From an uncultured Bacilli bacterium (lineage in GTDB: Bacteria; Bacillota_I; Bacilli_A; RF39; UBA660): DNA of 56,040 nt. A program made the translations under genes and the position numbers. Positions 18,274 to 27,216 of the stretch are shown piece by piece; within the stretch, counting starts at the first letter, position 1, and every line of letters begins with the position of its first letter. The notes below the pieces were generated by a model, which was given only the letters and a program-made list of their open reading frames with translations, made no database searches and was not told the DNA's origin. The DNA lies in contig CANQVB010000002.1 of NCBI GenBank assembly GCA_947627225.1, positions 1 to 56,040 on the forward strand. The letters run 5' to 3'.

Positions 18274-18921
18274 GAAGAAATAAACAAATCCAATGCTACC
18301 TGCTGTCAAGAGTCCTAATAACAAAAATAAGTTGATATCTGAAGTGTTTGGATTTTGTGCATCTAAAATTTGTTTGGCAATTGCAGGAGACCATACACTT
18401 TCTCCTCCATTTGTTGGAATTAAAGTAATTCCTACAGGATCAACTTCAATGATGACATACTGAAGGTTGCTACCATCTTCGTTCCAATCAAAAGTATACT
18501 TATAGGTTAAAAAAGTTCCGTTTAAAAGGGCTTTTTTTAGGTTTGCTGGTGTAATTCCTACATAATCGCGATAAGAAGATGCGGAAATTTGTGTCGTTTT
18601 ATTGTCTGGAGTAGTTACCTTAAACTTTGAATCCTTTGCCTCCGTTGGTTCTTGGACTTCAAATCCAATCCATGCAGCTGGTCCAGGTCTTTCCCCTCCA
18701 GCAGCATCCTTATCTTCTTCTAGCATTTTAAAAGTTGCCGCAGAATAGCGAATAGTTGTTGTGTCCCCATTTGTTTGAATGGTTCCTTTCCCAGAAGAAA
18801 GGGAGTCTCCTGTTTCTTGGGTAATATCTTTTACTTCTCCATACTTACCCGCTGCAAAGACAGTTTGAAGTGGTACAAACAAAGCGATTGTAAGCAAAGA
18901 GAAGAATAGAATTTTTTTCAT
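18262..18921 (-). CDS. Cell-wall-anchored surface protein, predicted sortase B substrate
   Basis: Signal peptide MKKILFFSLLTIALFVPLQTVFA. C-terminal NPNTSD, a hydrophobic stretch, then KKA (sorting-signal layout). Confidence 0.75.
   Translation of the reverse strand: MKKILFFSLLTIALFVPLQTVFAAGKYGEVKDITQETGDSLSSGKGTIQTNGDTTTIRYSAATFKMLEEDKDAAGGERPGPAAWIGFEVQEPTEAKDSKFKVTTPDNKTTQISASSYRDYVGITPANLKKALLNGTFLTYKYTFDWNEDGSNLQYVIIEVDPVGITLIPTNGGESVWSPAIAKQILDAQNPNTSDINLFLLLGLLTAGSIGFVYFFKKA
18337..18354 (-). other. NPNTSD cell-wall sorting motif (NPxTx class)
   Basis: Reverse complement reads AAT CCA AAC ACT TCA GAT, 24 aa before the stop. Confidence 0.7.
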
Positions 18922-18980
18922 AAAGTTTCTCCTTTTTTCATAATAGTAATCTAGTCATTTATCGAATGAGGTGGTTCTAA

Positions 18981-19850
18981 GTGAAAAAATATATGACTAT
19001 AGAAGCGTATTTTAAGACACGTGCAATCGATATGGAAAAAGATACCAAAAGAAAAGGGAAACGAATACGATATGTGTTACTTATTTTATGTCTTAGCCTA
19101 ATTGTCTTCTCACTATATACCTTATTAAATTGGTATCTGGATCATTCCAAAATTCGACAAATAAGTACAGAAATTGACAAAAGCATTGTCATCAAAGAAA
19201 AGCAGGAACAAGGGGAACTGGTAAACCCACCACAAGATAAAAGTAGCAACTATTATCAGTATATAAAAGTTCCCTACTATGAAGTGAGCCTTTCCATATT
19301 ATCTACAAAAAATAGCGATACAGTTGGCTTTTTAAGACTTCGAAATACCAAGATTAATTATCCTGTCGTACAAACAACAGATAATGCATATTATTTGAAC
19401 CATTCCTTTGATAAAAGTGAAAATGATGCAGGTTGGATTTTTATGGATTATCGAAATCGTGTCGATACCTTGCAAGATAATACGATTCTTTATGGACATG
19501 CTAGATTAGATGGGACTCTATTTGGTTCCCTAAAAGATACGCTATCTTCTTCGTGGCAGAAAGATCTTGATAATTATGTAATCTTTTTATCGACACAGAA
19601 AGAAAATATGGTCTTTCAAATCTTTTCCATTTATACCATTCAAAAAGAGAGTTATTATATAACCACTACTTTTAAAAGTAAGATGCAAAAGCAGATTTGG
19701 CTGAACACTATGAAAGAAAGAAACACATCATCCATTGATACAGATGTCAATGTCAATGATAAGGTACTTACACTATCCACGTGTCAAGATAATCAAGGTG
19801 GAAGAGTGGTTGTCCATGCAAAACTGATTAAAAAACAAAAGAAGGGTTAG
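18981..19850 (+). CDS. srtB: Class B sortase
   Basis: N-terminal TM anchor, YGH motif, LTLSTC catalytic-Cys motif. GTG start behind GAGGTGG. Divergent from its putative substrate gene. Confidence 0.85.
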   Translation: MKKYMTIEAYFKTRAIDMEKDTKRKGKRIRYVLLILCLSLIVFSLYTLLNWYLDHSKIRQISTEIDKSIVIKEKQEQGELVNPPQDKSSNYYQYIKVPYYEVSLSILSTKNSDTVGFLRLRNTKINYPVVQTTDNAYYLNHSFDKSENDAGWIFMDYRNRVDTLQDNTILYGHARLDGTLFGSLKDTLSSSWQKDLDNYVIFLSTQKENMVFQIFSIYTIQKESYYITTTFKSKMQKQIWLNTMKERNTSSIDTDVNVNDKVLTLSTCQDNQGGRVVVHAKLIKKQKKG

Positions 19851-19910
19851 ATAGAGGAAAATCCCCCAAAAGATGATTGGAATCTTGAGTCAAACACAAA
19901 AAATGAGAAC

Positions 19911-19939
19911 TTGTCAAAGGGCTGTTTTTATGTTATTAT
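19911..19939 (+). promoter_or_regulatory. Strong sigmaA promoter of small RNA copy 1
   Basis: TTGTCA-17 nt-TATTAT with TGn extended -10. Confidence 0.7.
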
Positions 19940-19945
19940 GGATAT

Positions 19946-20055
19946 ATCAAGGGAACTTGCATAAAATAAAAAAAGAGGAACATTTGATTTTAGCAGTGAA
20001 TGTCGCCTCTATGAAAGTGTACGACACTCTAGTAATGAAAGAGTGTCATTTTTTT
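19946..20055 (+). ncRNA. Candidate antitoxin small RNA (about 110 nt), copy 1
   Basis: Runs from the promoter above to the terminator GACACTCT-9 nt-AGAGTGTC plus T7. Convergent with, and overlapping the 3' end of, the 30-aa peptide gene. No reading frame is conserved with copy 2. Confidence 0.6.
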
Positions 20056-20138
20056 ATTATCGCTACCAACAAAGATAGGAGAAATAAAATGATAGCAATG
20101 TATCGAAGAATTCTTATTATAAAAATTCTTTTCTTCAT
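20046..20138 (-). CDS. 30-aa hydrophobic peptide, type I toxin candidate, copy 1
   Basis: MKKRIFIIRILRYIAIILFLLSLLVAIIKK behind AAAGGGGGA-9 nt-ATG. The stop codon is embedded in the shared hairpin. 100% identical to copy 2, whereas the upstream part of the 62-aa ORF-track version is not conserved. Confidence 0.65.
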   Translation of the reverse strand: MKKRIFIIRILRYIAIILFLLSLLVAIIKK

Positions 20139-20338
20139 CTTTATCAATCCCCCTTTCTTGTAAAAGATTGGAGGCAGACACTCAACATCAAATGTTCCTA
20201 CAAAAATCATACGATAAAGAAGAGTATAAAACAATCGAACATGGATGAATTTTGTTATTTTTTATTTCTCAATAAGGTATTTGATACATTTGTCAAAATA
20301 CTTAGGAGTTAAATATTTTGCCATAAACAAAATATAGT

Positions 20339-20560
20339 TTATCTCTTTTTATAAAATTTAATAATCATATTAACAAGTAAAACGCTAATGAGTAAAATTG
20401 AACTTACTAAAAATATAATCATGCACATTACAAACTCCCCCACTGATTCTAAAGCTGATAATCCATATGTGTCATTATTATTTATTAATACAGTAGCAGT
20501 AAAACTTGCAATCAAAAAAATACTGTCTATAATATAAAAAATTCTAAGTTTTTTATTCAT
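20339..20560 (-). CDS. 73-aa two-TM small membrane protein
   Basis: RBS GAGGTGGTGG 4 nt before the ATG. Two hydrophobic helices and a basic tail (KFYKKR). Very AT-rich. Confidence 0.5.
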   Translation of the reverse strand: MNKKLRIFYIIDSIFLIASFTATVLINNNDTYGLSALESVGEFVMCMIIFLVSSILLISVLLVNMIIKFYKKR

Positions 20561-20620
20561 AACACCACCACCTCATATTATACAATGTTTTAATAAAAAA
20601 ACATATAATTAGAAAGCTGT

Positions 20621-20709
20621 AAATAACTCCTTTACATATACTGGATTGTTACCAAACGTGAAGTTCAGAGGAAAAAACAAGATTTGTCAAAAAAACTTTA
20701 AAAAATGCA
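20621..20709 (+). repeat. Intergenic direct repeat X, copy A
   Basis: AAATAACT.CTTTAC.TA.AC.GGATTGTTACCAAACGTGAAGT..AGAGGAAAAAACAAGATTTGTCAAAAAAA is about 85% identical to 21090..21180. Confidence 0.8.
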
Positions 20710-20737
20710 AGCCAAACAAAAATGGAAATAGAGAACC

Positions 20738-20766
20738 TTGTCAAAGAACCATTTTTATGTTATTAT
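20738..20766 (+). promoter_or_regulatory. Strong sigmaA promoter of small RNA copy 2
   Basis: TTGTCA-17 nt-TATTAT with TGn extended -10. Confidence 0.7.
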
Positions 20767-20772
20767 GGATAT

Positions 20773-20887
20773 GTCAAGGGAACTTGCATAAAATAAAAAA
20801 AGAGGAACATTTGATTTTGGCAATGAATGTCGCCTCTAAAAGTTTAGTTTCGACACTCGATCAATGCTGAAAGAGTGTCATTTTTTT
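20773..20887 (+). ncRNA. Candidate antitoxin small RNA, copy 2
   Basis: The 5' 70 nt are nearly identical to copy 1. The terminator stem GACACTC/GAGTGTC is conserved with a different loop, followed by T7. Confidence 0.6.
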
Positions 20888-20970
20888 ATTATCGCTACCA
20901 ACAAAGATAGGAGAAATAAAATGATAGCAATGTATCGAAGAATTCTTATTATAAAAATTCTTTTCTTCAT
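20878..20970 (-). CDS. 30-aa hydrophobic peptide, type I toxin candidate, copy 2
   Basis: Peptide and RBS identical to copy 1. Confidence 0.65.
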   Translation of the reverse strand: MKKRIFIIRILRYIAIILFLLSLLVAIIKK

Positions 20971-21089
20971 CTTTATCAATCCCCCTTTCTTGTAAAAGAT
21001 TGGAGGCAGACACTCAACATCAAATGTTCCTACAAAAATCATACTATAATTGATATTATAAAACAATCGAACATGAATGAATTTTGTTA

Positions 21090-21180
21090 AATAACTTCTT
21101 TACGTACACGGGATTGTTACCAAACGTGAAGTCTAGAGGAAAAAAACAAGATTTGTCAAAAAAATCTCTAAAAAAATGCA
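21090..21180 (+). repeat. Intergenic direct repeat X, copy B
   Basis: See 20621..20709. Lies immediately upstream of the S10 operon promoter. Confidence 0.8.
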
Positions 21181-21200
21181 TAAATTTCACCAAAAAATGC

Positions 21201-21229
21201 TTGTTTTTTCAAAATTCTTATGGTATTAT
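21201..21229 (+). promoter_or_regulatory. S10 operon promoter candidate
   Basis: TTGTTT-17 nt-TATTAT with TGn extended -10. Confidence 0.6.
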
Positions 21230-21236
21230 TTAATAC

Positions 21237-21370
21237 GTGTGACTGCTTAGATGTGGGAGGTTGTCGACACACCAGGTTAAGTTGAAAATAAAATACAACA
21301 ATTTCTGGTGTTTCGGGTGATTCACACGGAGCAAGTCTATACTCGATATAGGCGAAGGGAGGATTTAAGA
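21237..21370 (+). promoter_or_regulatory. Structured 5' leader of the S10 operon
   Basis: About 134 nt with several hairpins (GTGTG...CACAC; CACCAG...CTGGTG) before the GGGAGG RBS. This position matches known ribosomal-protein autoregulatory leaders. Confidence 0.5.
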
Positions 21371-21685
21371 ATGTCAACAGAAAGAATTCGCATCAAATTG
21401 AAAGCATATGATCACAGGGTTCTTGATAACGCAGTTACCAAAATTGTAGAAACAATCAAACGTGGTGGAGGACAAATCTCAGGACCAGTACCCCTACCAA
21501 CTGAAATTGAAAAGTTTACAATTTTGCGTGCTGTACACAAATATAAGGATTCACGTGAGCAGTTCGAAATGCGTACACACAAACGACTTATTGATGTTAA
21601 AAATCCAAGCAAGGAAGTCATTGATGCTTTAGCGCGACTTGACTTACCAAGTGGAGTAGACATCCAAATCAAAACAAACAAATAG
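21371..21685 (+). CDS. rpsJ: 30S ribosomal protein S10
   Basis: [19 protein letters not shown]. 104 aa. Start at ATG 21371 behind GGGAGG. Confidence 0.96.
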   Translation: MSTERIRIKLKAYDHRVLDNAVTKIVETIKRGGGQISGPVPLPTEIEKFTILRAVHKYKDSREQFEMRTHKRLIDVKNPSKEVIDALARLDLPSGVDIQIKTNK

Positions 21686-21697
21686 GAGGAAAAAGAA

Positions 21698-22498
21698 ATG
21701 AAAGGAATCTTAGGTACAAAAAAAGGAATGACCCAAGTTTTTACGAAGAACGGTAAATTGATTCCAGTCACTGTTATTGAAGTAGAACCAAATGTTGTAA
21801 CGCAAATCAAGACAGTGGAAAAAGAAGGCTATGATGCCATTCAATTAGGATACAAAACCGTATCTCCAAAACAAAGTAGTAAACCTAAAATGGGTCATAC
21901 AAAAAAGGCTGGATGCGAACCTAAGCGCTTCTTAAGAGAAATTCGTGGAGTCAACGTGGCTGATTATACTCTTGGACAAACGCTAGATGCATCTGTATTT
22001 ACGGAAGGCGAAATGGTAGACGTGAGTGGAATCAGCAAAGGAAAAGGATTCCAAGGTGTGATTAAACGTCATAACCAAAGCCGTGGACCTATGGGACATG
22101 GTTCACAATATCATCGTGGAGTTGGTTCTCTTGGAACAATGCGACCAATGCACGTATTAAAGGGTAAAAAATTACCAGGTCAAATGGGACATGTTATGAG
22201 AACAGTACAAAACTTGGTTGTTGTAGAAGTGGATATGGAAAACAACTGTCTTCTTGTAAAAGGAAATGTTCCAGGACCAAAAAACAGTTTAGTTTTAATT
22301 CGTACCGCAATCAAAAATCAGGATAAAGTGAAGGAAATGGATGAATTGATTACTTATGTAGAAGAGTCTATTGAACCAGCTGTTACAAATGAGACGACAG
22401 AACCTGTTGAAGCTTCCTCTATACAAGAAGAAGCTGCGGAAACTAAAGAACAAGAAGATACAAACGAATCATCACAAGCCGAAACAACAGAGGAATAA
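21698..22498 (+). CDS. rplC: 50S ribosomal protein L3 with about 57-aa acidic C-terminal extension
   Basis: [15 protein letters not shown] start and a conserved L3 core of about 209 aa, then an E/T/S-rich tail. Confidence 0.95.
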   Translation: MKGILGTKKGMTQVFTKNGKLIPVTVIEVEPNVVTQIKTVEKEGYDAIQLGYKTVSPKQSSKPKMGHTKKAGCEPKRFLREIRGVNVADYTLGQTLDASVFTEGEMVDVSGISKGKGFQGVIKRHNQSRGPMGHGSQYHRGVGSLGTMRPMHVLKGKKLPGQMGHVMRTVQNLVVVEVDMENNCLLVKGNVPGPKNSLVLIRTAIKNQDKVKEMDELITYVEESIEPAVTNETTEPVEASSIQEEAAETKEQEDTNESSQAETTEE

Positions 22499-22545
22499 AA
22501 TGAAAGCAAAAAACAACACATATTGTGATGAAAGGAGGAATTAGG

Positions 22546-23172
22546 ATGAAAAAAGTAAAACTTTTAGACCTAAAAGGTGAAGAAGTTAAAGAATTAAAAC
22601 TTAATGAAGAAGTATTTGGAATCGAACCAAATCAAAAAGTAATGTATGATGCAGTTATTTTAGCCCAAGCATCATTAAGACAAGGAACACATTCTACGAA
22701 AACACGCGCTGAAGTAAGTGGCGGTGGAAGAAAACCATGGAGACAAAAAGGAACAGGACACGCAAGACAAGGTTCTATCCGTGCTGTACAATGGGTAGGT
22801 GGTGGACGTTATGGAACACCAGTACCACGTGATTATGGCAAAAAAATGAACCGTAAAGAAAGACGCTTGGCTTTAAAAAGTGCCCTATCTGAAAAATTTG
22901 CAAATAATGAAGTTATCGTGATGGAGGAACTGAGTTTCCAAACTCCAAAAACGAAAGAGATGATTACCTTATTAAATACATTAAAGGTAATGGACAAAAA
23001 GGTACTTATCGTAGTAGATACGTTTGATGAAAATGTAATTCTTGCAAGTAGAAACTTACAAAATGTAGCTTTAATTGCAAGAGATGAAATCAACGTGCTT
23101 GATTTAGTCAATGCAGATGTTGTCATCTTTACGGAAGATGCCTTAAACAAAATAGAGGAGGTGCTTAAGTAA
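22546..23172 (+). CDS. rplD: 50S ribosomal protein L4
   Basis: KPWRQKGTGHARQGS motif. Start at ATG 22546 behind AGGAGG. Confidence 0.95.
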   Translation: MKKVKLLDLKGEEVKELKLNEEVFGIEPNQKVMYDAVILAQASLRQGTHSTKTRAEVSGGGRKPWRQKGTGHARQGSIRAVQWVGGGRYGTPVPRDYGKKMNRKERRLALKSALSEKFANNEVIVMEELSFQTPKTKEMITLLNTLKVMDKKVLIVVDTFDENVILASRNLQNVALIARDEINVLDLVNADVVIFTEDALNKIEEVLK

Positions 23173-23453
23173 TGGACGTTAAGTACTTAGAAATTATCAA
23201 AGCACCTGTGATTACAGAAAAATCACAAGATAGAGCAACGCTTGGACAATATGTGTTCAAAGTAGATGCTCGTGCCAATAAAACAGAAATCAAAAATGCA
23301 ATTGAGAGAATCTTTAAAGTCAATGTAAAAGAGATTCGCACACTCAATGTAAAACCGAAAAAAAGAAGAGTGGGACGTTATAGTGGGTATACCAATCGTA
23401 CGAAAAAAGCAATTGTAACCCTAAAAGACGGACAAACCATTGATCTTGGTTAG
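23172..23453 (+). CDS. rplW: 50S ribosomal protein L23
   Basis: 93 aa. Operon position and L23-like sequence (IIKAPVITEKS). Confidence 0.95.
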   Translation: MDVKYLEIIKAPVITEKSQDRATLGQYVFKVDARANKTEIKNAIERIFKVNVKEIRTLNVKPKKRRVGRYSGYTNRTKKAIVTLKDGQTIDLG

Positions 23454-23469
23454 AAGGAGGAAATGACTT

Positions 23470-24300
23470 ATGGCAATTAGAAATTATAAACCTACTACAC
23501 CAGGACGAAGAAAAATGAGTACGTTAATCAATGAAGAGATTACGAAAACAACTCCTGAAAAGAGTCTTTTAAAAACAGTGAAGAAAAACTCAGGTCGTAA
23601 TAACCAAGGAAAAATCACTGTAAGACATCAAGGTGGAGGCGCAAAACGGAAATATCGTATCATTGATTTCAAACGGAATAAATTAGGAATTCCTGGAAAA
23701 GTAGCAAGTATTGAATATGATCCAAATAGAACTGCCAATATTGCGCTCATTAACTATCGTGATGGAGAAAAAAGATATATCTTAGCTCCAAAAGGATTGG
23801 AAGTTGGAATGGAAATTATGGCAGGAGAAACGGCAGATATTAAAGTAGGAAATGCGCTACCACTTATGAATATTCCAGTTGGTACTGTCATTCACAACAT
23901 TGAACTTCGTCCTGGAAAAGGTGGAAGCTTAGCAAGAAGTGCTGGTGCTTCTGCACAAATTCTAGGAAGAGAAGGCGCTTATGTCATGATAAGACTTTCA
24001 AGTGGTGAACAAAGAAAAGTGCTTGGAACTTGTATGGCAACGGTTGGTGTTGTTGGAAACGAAGATGCTGGCCTTGTAAAACTTGGAAAAGCAGGACGCA
24101 AACGTCACATGGGAATTCGTCCTACCGTTCGTGGTTCTGTTATGAATCCGAATGACCATCCACATGGTGGTGGTGAAGGACGTGCACCAGTTGGACGCAA
24201 AGCGCCACTTACACCTTGGGGTAAAAAAGCGCTTGGTCTTAAAACACGAAATAACAAAAGGACGGATAAATTTATTGTTCGCCGTCGTGGAAGTAAATAG
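23470..24300 (+). CDS. rplB: 50S ribosomal protein L2
   Basis: [14 protein letters not shown]; GGGEGR. Confidence 0.97.
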   Translation: MAIRNYKPTTPGRRKMSTLINEEITKTTPEKSLLKTVKKNSGRNNQGKITVRHQGGGAKRKYRIIDFKRNKLGIPGKVASIEYDPNRTANIALINYRDGEKRYILAPKGLEVGMEIMAGETADIKVGNALPLMNIPVGTVIHNIELRPGKGGSLARSAGASAQILGREGAYVMIRLSSGEQRKVLGTCMATVGVVGNEDAGLVKLGKAGRKRHMGIRPTVRGSVMNPNDHPHGGGEGRAPVGRKAPLTPWGKKALGLKTRNNKRTDKFIVRRRGSK

Positions 24301-24309
24301 GAGGGAATT

Positions 24310-24582
24310 ATGGCAAGAAGTTTAAAGAAAGGACCTTATGTCTTTGATCGATTACTTAAGAAGGTTCAAGAGTTAAATAATACAGGAAAAAAAGAAGTTA
24401 TTAAAACTTGGTCACGTCGTTCTACCATTTATCCTGACTTTATTGGCCACACTTTTGCCGTTCACAACGGGCATGAATTTATCCCTGTTTATGTAACAGA
24501 AGATATGGTTGGACACAAGTTAGGTGAATTTGCACAAACTCGTAAATTCGGTGGACACGGACAAGATAAGAAGAAAAAGTAA
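24310..24582 (+). CDS. rpsS: 30S ribosomal protein S19
   Basis: [11 protein letters not shown]; [13 protein letters not shown]. Confidence 0.97.
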   Translation: MARSLKKGPYVFDRLLKKVQELNNTGKKEVIKTWSRRSTIYPDFIGHTFAVHNGHEFIPVYVTEDMVGHKLGEFAQTRKFGGHGQDKKKK

Positions 24583-24598
24583 GAGGGAGGACAAATAA

Positions 24599-24931
24599 AT
24601 GGAAGCAAAAGCTATCGCAAAATCACTTCGAGTTTCTCCCATTAAAACACGTCTAGTCGTTGATTTAATTCGCGGAAAAAAAGTAAGTGATGCACTGAAT
24701 ATTTTAAATAATATGAACAAAAAGCCAGCAAGGCTAACCAAAAAAGTACTTGATTCAGCAATCGCTAATGCAGTCAACAACAATGGTGCTGATATCGATA
24801 CTTTATATGTAAAAGAAGCAAGAGTGGACGCAGGTCCTGTGATGAAACGAATTTTATTTGATTCACGTGGACGCATCGGACACAAAGACAAAAGAACAAG
24901 TCACATTGTAATCGTTGTGGCAAGTAAATAA
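24599..24931 (+). CDS. rplV: 50S ribosomal protein L22
   Basis: 110 aa. RVSPIKTRLVVDLIRGK. Confidence 0.96.
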   Translation: MEAKAIAKSLRVSPIKTRLVVDLIRGKKVSDALNILNNMNKKPARLTKKVLDSAIANAVNNNGADIDTLYVKEARVDAGPVMKRILFDSRGRIGHKDKRTSHIVIVVASK

Positions 24932-24947
24932 CTGAAGGAGGAGACTT

Positions 24948-25601
24948 ATGGGACAAAAAGTGAGTCCAAATGGACTTAGACTTGGGATCAACAAAGACTG
25001 GGAAGCAAAATGGTATGCCAATAAAAAAGATTTCGCTACTGTACTTGATCGTGATTTAAAAATCCGTAAGTATTTAAGCGAAAACTTAAAGAATGCCGGA
25101 ATTGCCAAAGTCGAAATTGAAAGAACTTCTAAGAAGTGCGAAGTCATCGTACATACTTCAAAACCAGGTGTCATGATTGGACGTGGTGGAGAAGAAATCG
25201 AAAAGTTAAAGAAGCATCTTTCCACAGTTGCAGGAGAACCTGTACAAATTACGATTGCCGACATTAAAAAAGTAGACATCAATGCCCAACTTGTTGCCGA
25301 TTCTATTGCAAACCAAATTTCAAATCGTGCATCCTTCAGAATGGCACAAAAACGTGCAATTCGAAATGCAATGAAAGCAGGTGCGAAAGGAATCAAAACA
25401 CAAGTTTCAGGACGTTTAGGTGGTGCTGAAATGGCAAGAAGTGAAGGGTATACAGAAGGAACAATTCCTCTACATACACTTCGCGCAGATGTTGATTATG
25501 CAACCAGTGAAGCAGATACAACATTTGGAAAAATTGGAGTAAAGGTATGGATTTACAAAGGTGAAATTCTTCCTTCAAAAAAAGGGAATGGAGGTAAGTA
25601 G
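24948..25601 (+). CDS. rpsC: 30S ribosomal protein S3
   Basis: [13 protein letters not shown]; KH domain. Confidence 0.97.
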   Translation: MGQKVSPNGLRLGINKDWEAKWYANKKDFATVLDRDLKIRKYLSENLKNAGIAKVEIERTSKKCEVIVHTSKPGVMIGRGGEEIEKLKKHLSTVAGEPVQITIADIKKVDINAQLVADSIANQISNRASFRMAQKRAIRNAMKAGAKGIKTQVSGRLGGAEMARSEGYTEGTIPLHTLRADVDYATSEADTTFGKIGVKVWIYKGEILPSKKGNGGK

Positions 25602-25603
25602 AC

Positions 25604-26026
25604 ATGTTAATTCCATCAAGAACAAAATATCGTCGTGTACATAGACTTCCCTATGAAGGAAAAGCAAGAGGAAATCTAGAATTACACTTCGGAGAATATG
25701 GATTACAAGCCAAAGAAGGTGCTTGGATTACAGCCAATCAAATTGAAGCGGCTCGTGTCGCTATGACACGTTACATGAAACGTGGTGGAAAAGTATGGAT
25801 CAATATCTTCCCACACTTACCACTGACTTCAAAACCAATTGGAACCCGTCAAGGAAAAGGTAAAGGAAACGTAGAAGGCTGGGTTGCTGTGGTCAAAGAA
25901 GGAAAAATCATGTTTGAAATCGCAGGCGTTTCCGAAGAAGTTGCCCGTGAGGCATTACGTCTTGCAAGTCACAAATTACCAATTGCCTGCAAGTTTGTAA
26001 AAAGAGAAAATGGTGGTGATGAGTAA
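25604..26026 (+). CDS. rplP: 50S ribosomal protein L16
   Basis: [11 protein letters not shown]. Confidence 0.97.
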   Translation: MLIPSRTKYRRVHRLPYEGKARGNLELHFGEYGLQAKEGAWITANQIEAARVAMTRYMKRGGKVWINIFPHLPLTSKPIGTRQGKGKGNVEGWVAVVKEGKIMFEIAGVSEEVAREALRLASHKLPIACKFVKRENGGDE

Positions 26027-26220
26027 TGAAGGTGAAAGAAATTAGAGAAATGACAACTGAGGAAATCAACGAAAAATTAAAAGAATGCAAAGAAGAACTA
26101 TTCAACCTACGTTTTCAACAAGCAACTGGGAACCTAGAAAAACCTTCAAGACTAAGAGACTTAAGACACACCGTCGCAAGATTAAAGACCGTTTTGAAAG
26201 AACGTGAAGAGGCAGAATAA
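26026..26220 (+). CDS. rpmC: 50S ribosomal protein L29
   Basis: 64 aa. ELFNLRFQ motif. Confidence 0.95.
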   Translation: MKVKEIREMTTEEINEKLKECKEELFNLRFQQATGNLEKPSRLRDLRHTVARLKTVLKEREEAE

Positions 26221-26230
26221 GGAGGATCTT

Positions 26231-26488
26231 ATGGAGAAGAAAAGTCGTGAATTAACAGGAACAGTTGTAAGTTCTAAAAACAATAAGACGATTACTGTTT
26301 TAGTTGAAACATATAAAATGCATCCACTATATCATAAAAGAGTAAAATCTTCTAAAAAGTATAGTGTACATGATGAGACGAATAAAGCAAAAGTTGGCGA
26401 TATTGTACGCATTGTTGAAACACGTCCAATTTCAAAAACAAAGCATTTCTATTTAAAAGAAATTGTAAAAGAAGCAGTTATTCTATAA
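26231..26488 (+). CDS. rpsQ: 30S ribosomal protein S17
   Basis: Start at ATG 26231 behind [21 protein letters not shown]. Confidence 0.95.
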   Translation: MEKKSRELTGTVVSSKNNKTITVLVETYKMHPLYHKRVKSSKKYSVHDETNKAKVGDIVRIVETRPISKTKHFYLKEIVKEAVIL

Positions 26489-26513
26489 CTCTTAAGTAAA
26501 GGAGGAAAAATCT

Positions 26514-26882
26514 ATGGTACAGCAAGAAAGTAGATTGAAAGTTGCTGATAACTCTGGTGCAAAGGAAGTCTTGGTTATCCGTTGTCTTGGAGGAAGTCAT
26601 CGAAAAACAGCAAACATTGGAGATGTTGTTGTAGCAACCGTAAAGCAAGCAATCCCAAATTCCGCTGTTAAAAAAGGAAAAGTGGTCAAAGCTGTTGTTG
26701 TTCGTACACGTCAAGGTGTAAGACGAGAAGACGGAAGCTATATCAAATTTGACGACAATGCTTGTGTTATTATTCGTGAGGATAAAAGTCCAGTTGGAAC
26801 ACGTATCTTTGGTCCCGTTGCCCGTGAGCTTCGTGAAAAAGATTATATGAAGATAGTATCCCTTGCGAAAGAAGTACTATAA
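26514..26882 (+). CDS. rplN: 50S ribosomal protein L14
   Basis: [17 protein letters not shown]. Confidence 0.97.
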   Translation: MVQQESRLKVADNSGAKEVLVIRCLGGSHRKTANIGDVVVATVKQAIPNSAVKKGKVVKAVVVRTRQGVRREDGSYIKFDDNACVIIREDKSPVGTRIFGPVARELREKDYMKIVSLAKEVL

Positions 26883-26892
26883 GGAGGATATG

Positions 26893-27198
26893 ATGAAGTT
26901 AAAAGTTGGAGATAAAGTTGTTGTTATATCTGGTGCTGATAAAGGAAAGCAAGGAAAAATCACGAAAACGTTAAGACAAGAAGACAAAGTGATTGTAGAA
27001 GGTGTTCATGTGGTAAAGAAACATCAAAAAGGAAATGGACAAGAAACAGGAGGCATCTTAGAAATCGAAGCACCTATTCATGTATCCAATGTCATGTTGG
27101 TGGATCCAAAGACCAAAAAAGGAACACGTTTTGGATATACAACAGAGAAAGACAAAAAAATTAGAATCAGTAAAAAATCAAACGAAAAGCTTGATTAG
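26893..27198 (+). CDS. rplX: 50S ribosomal protein L24
   Basis: MKLKVGDKVVVISGADKGK (KOW motif). ATG 26893 preferred for spacing from GGAGG; 26890 is also possible. Confidence 0.93.
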   Translation: MKLKVGDKVVVISGADKGKQGKITKTLRQEDKVIVEGVHVVKKHQKGNGQETGGILEIEAPIHVSNVMLVDPKTKKGTRFGYTTEKDKKIRISKKSNEKLD

Positions 27199-27216
27199 TG
27201 GAAGGAGGGTATTTTA

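Noticed and set aside
19873-20163. 96-aa plus-strand ORF (and its 74-aa counterpart at 20646..20870)
   Set aside because: It spans a promoter, a hairpin terminator and the antisense of the peptide gene. The two copies lose frame and sequence conservation after NVAS. It is better explained as a non-coding RNA plus shadow frame.
20046-20234. 62-aa version of the minus-strand peptide ORFs (also 20878..21066)
   Set aside because: The TTG-initiated N-terminal extension differs non-conservatively between copies and lacks an RBS. The internal ATG has a strong RBS, and downstream identity is 100%, so a 30-aa CDS is preferred.
24863-25396. 177-aa minus-strand ORF antisense to rplV/rpsC (and many similar ORFs antisense to ribosomal, secY, leuS and proS genes)
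   Set aside because: They overlap highly conserved sense genes, lack an RBS, and have the composition typical of antisense frames.
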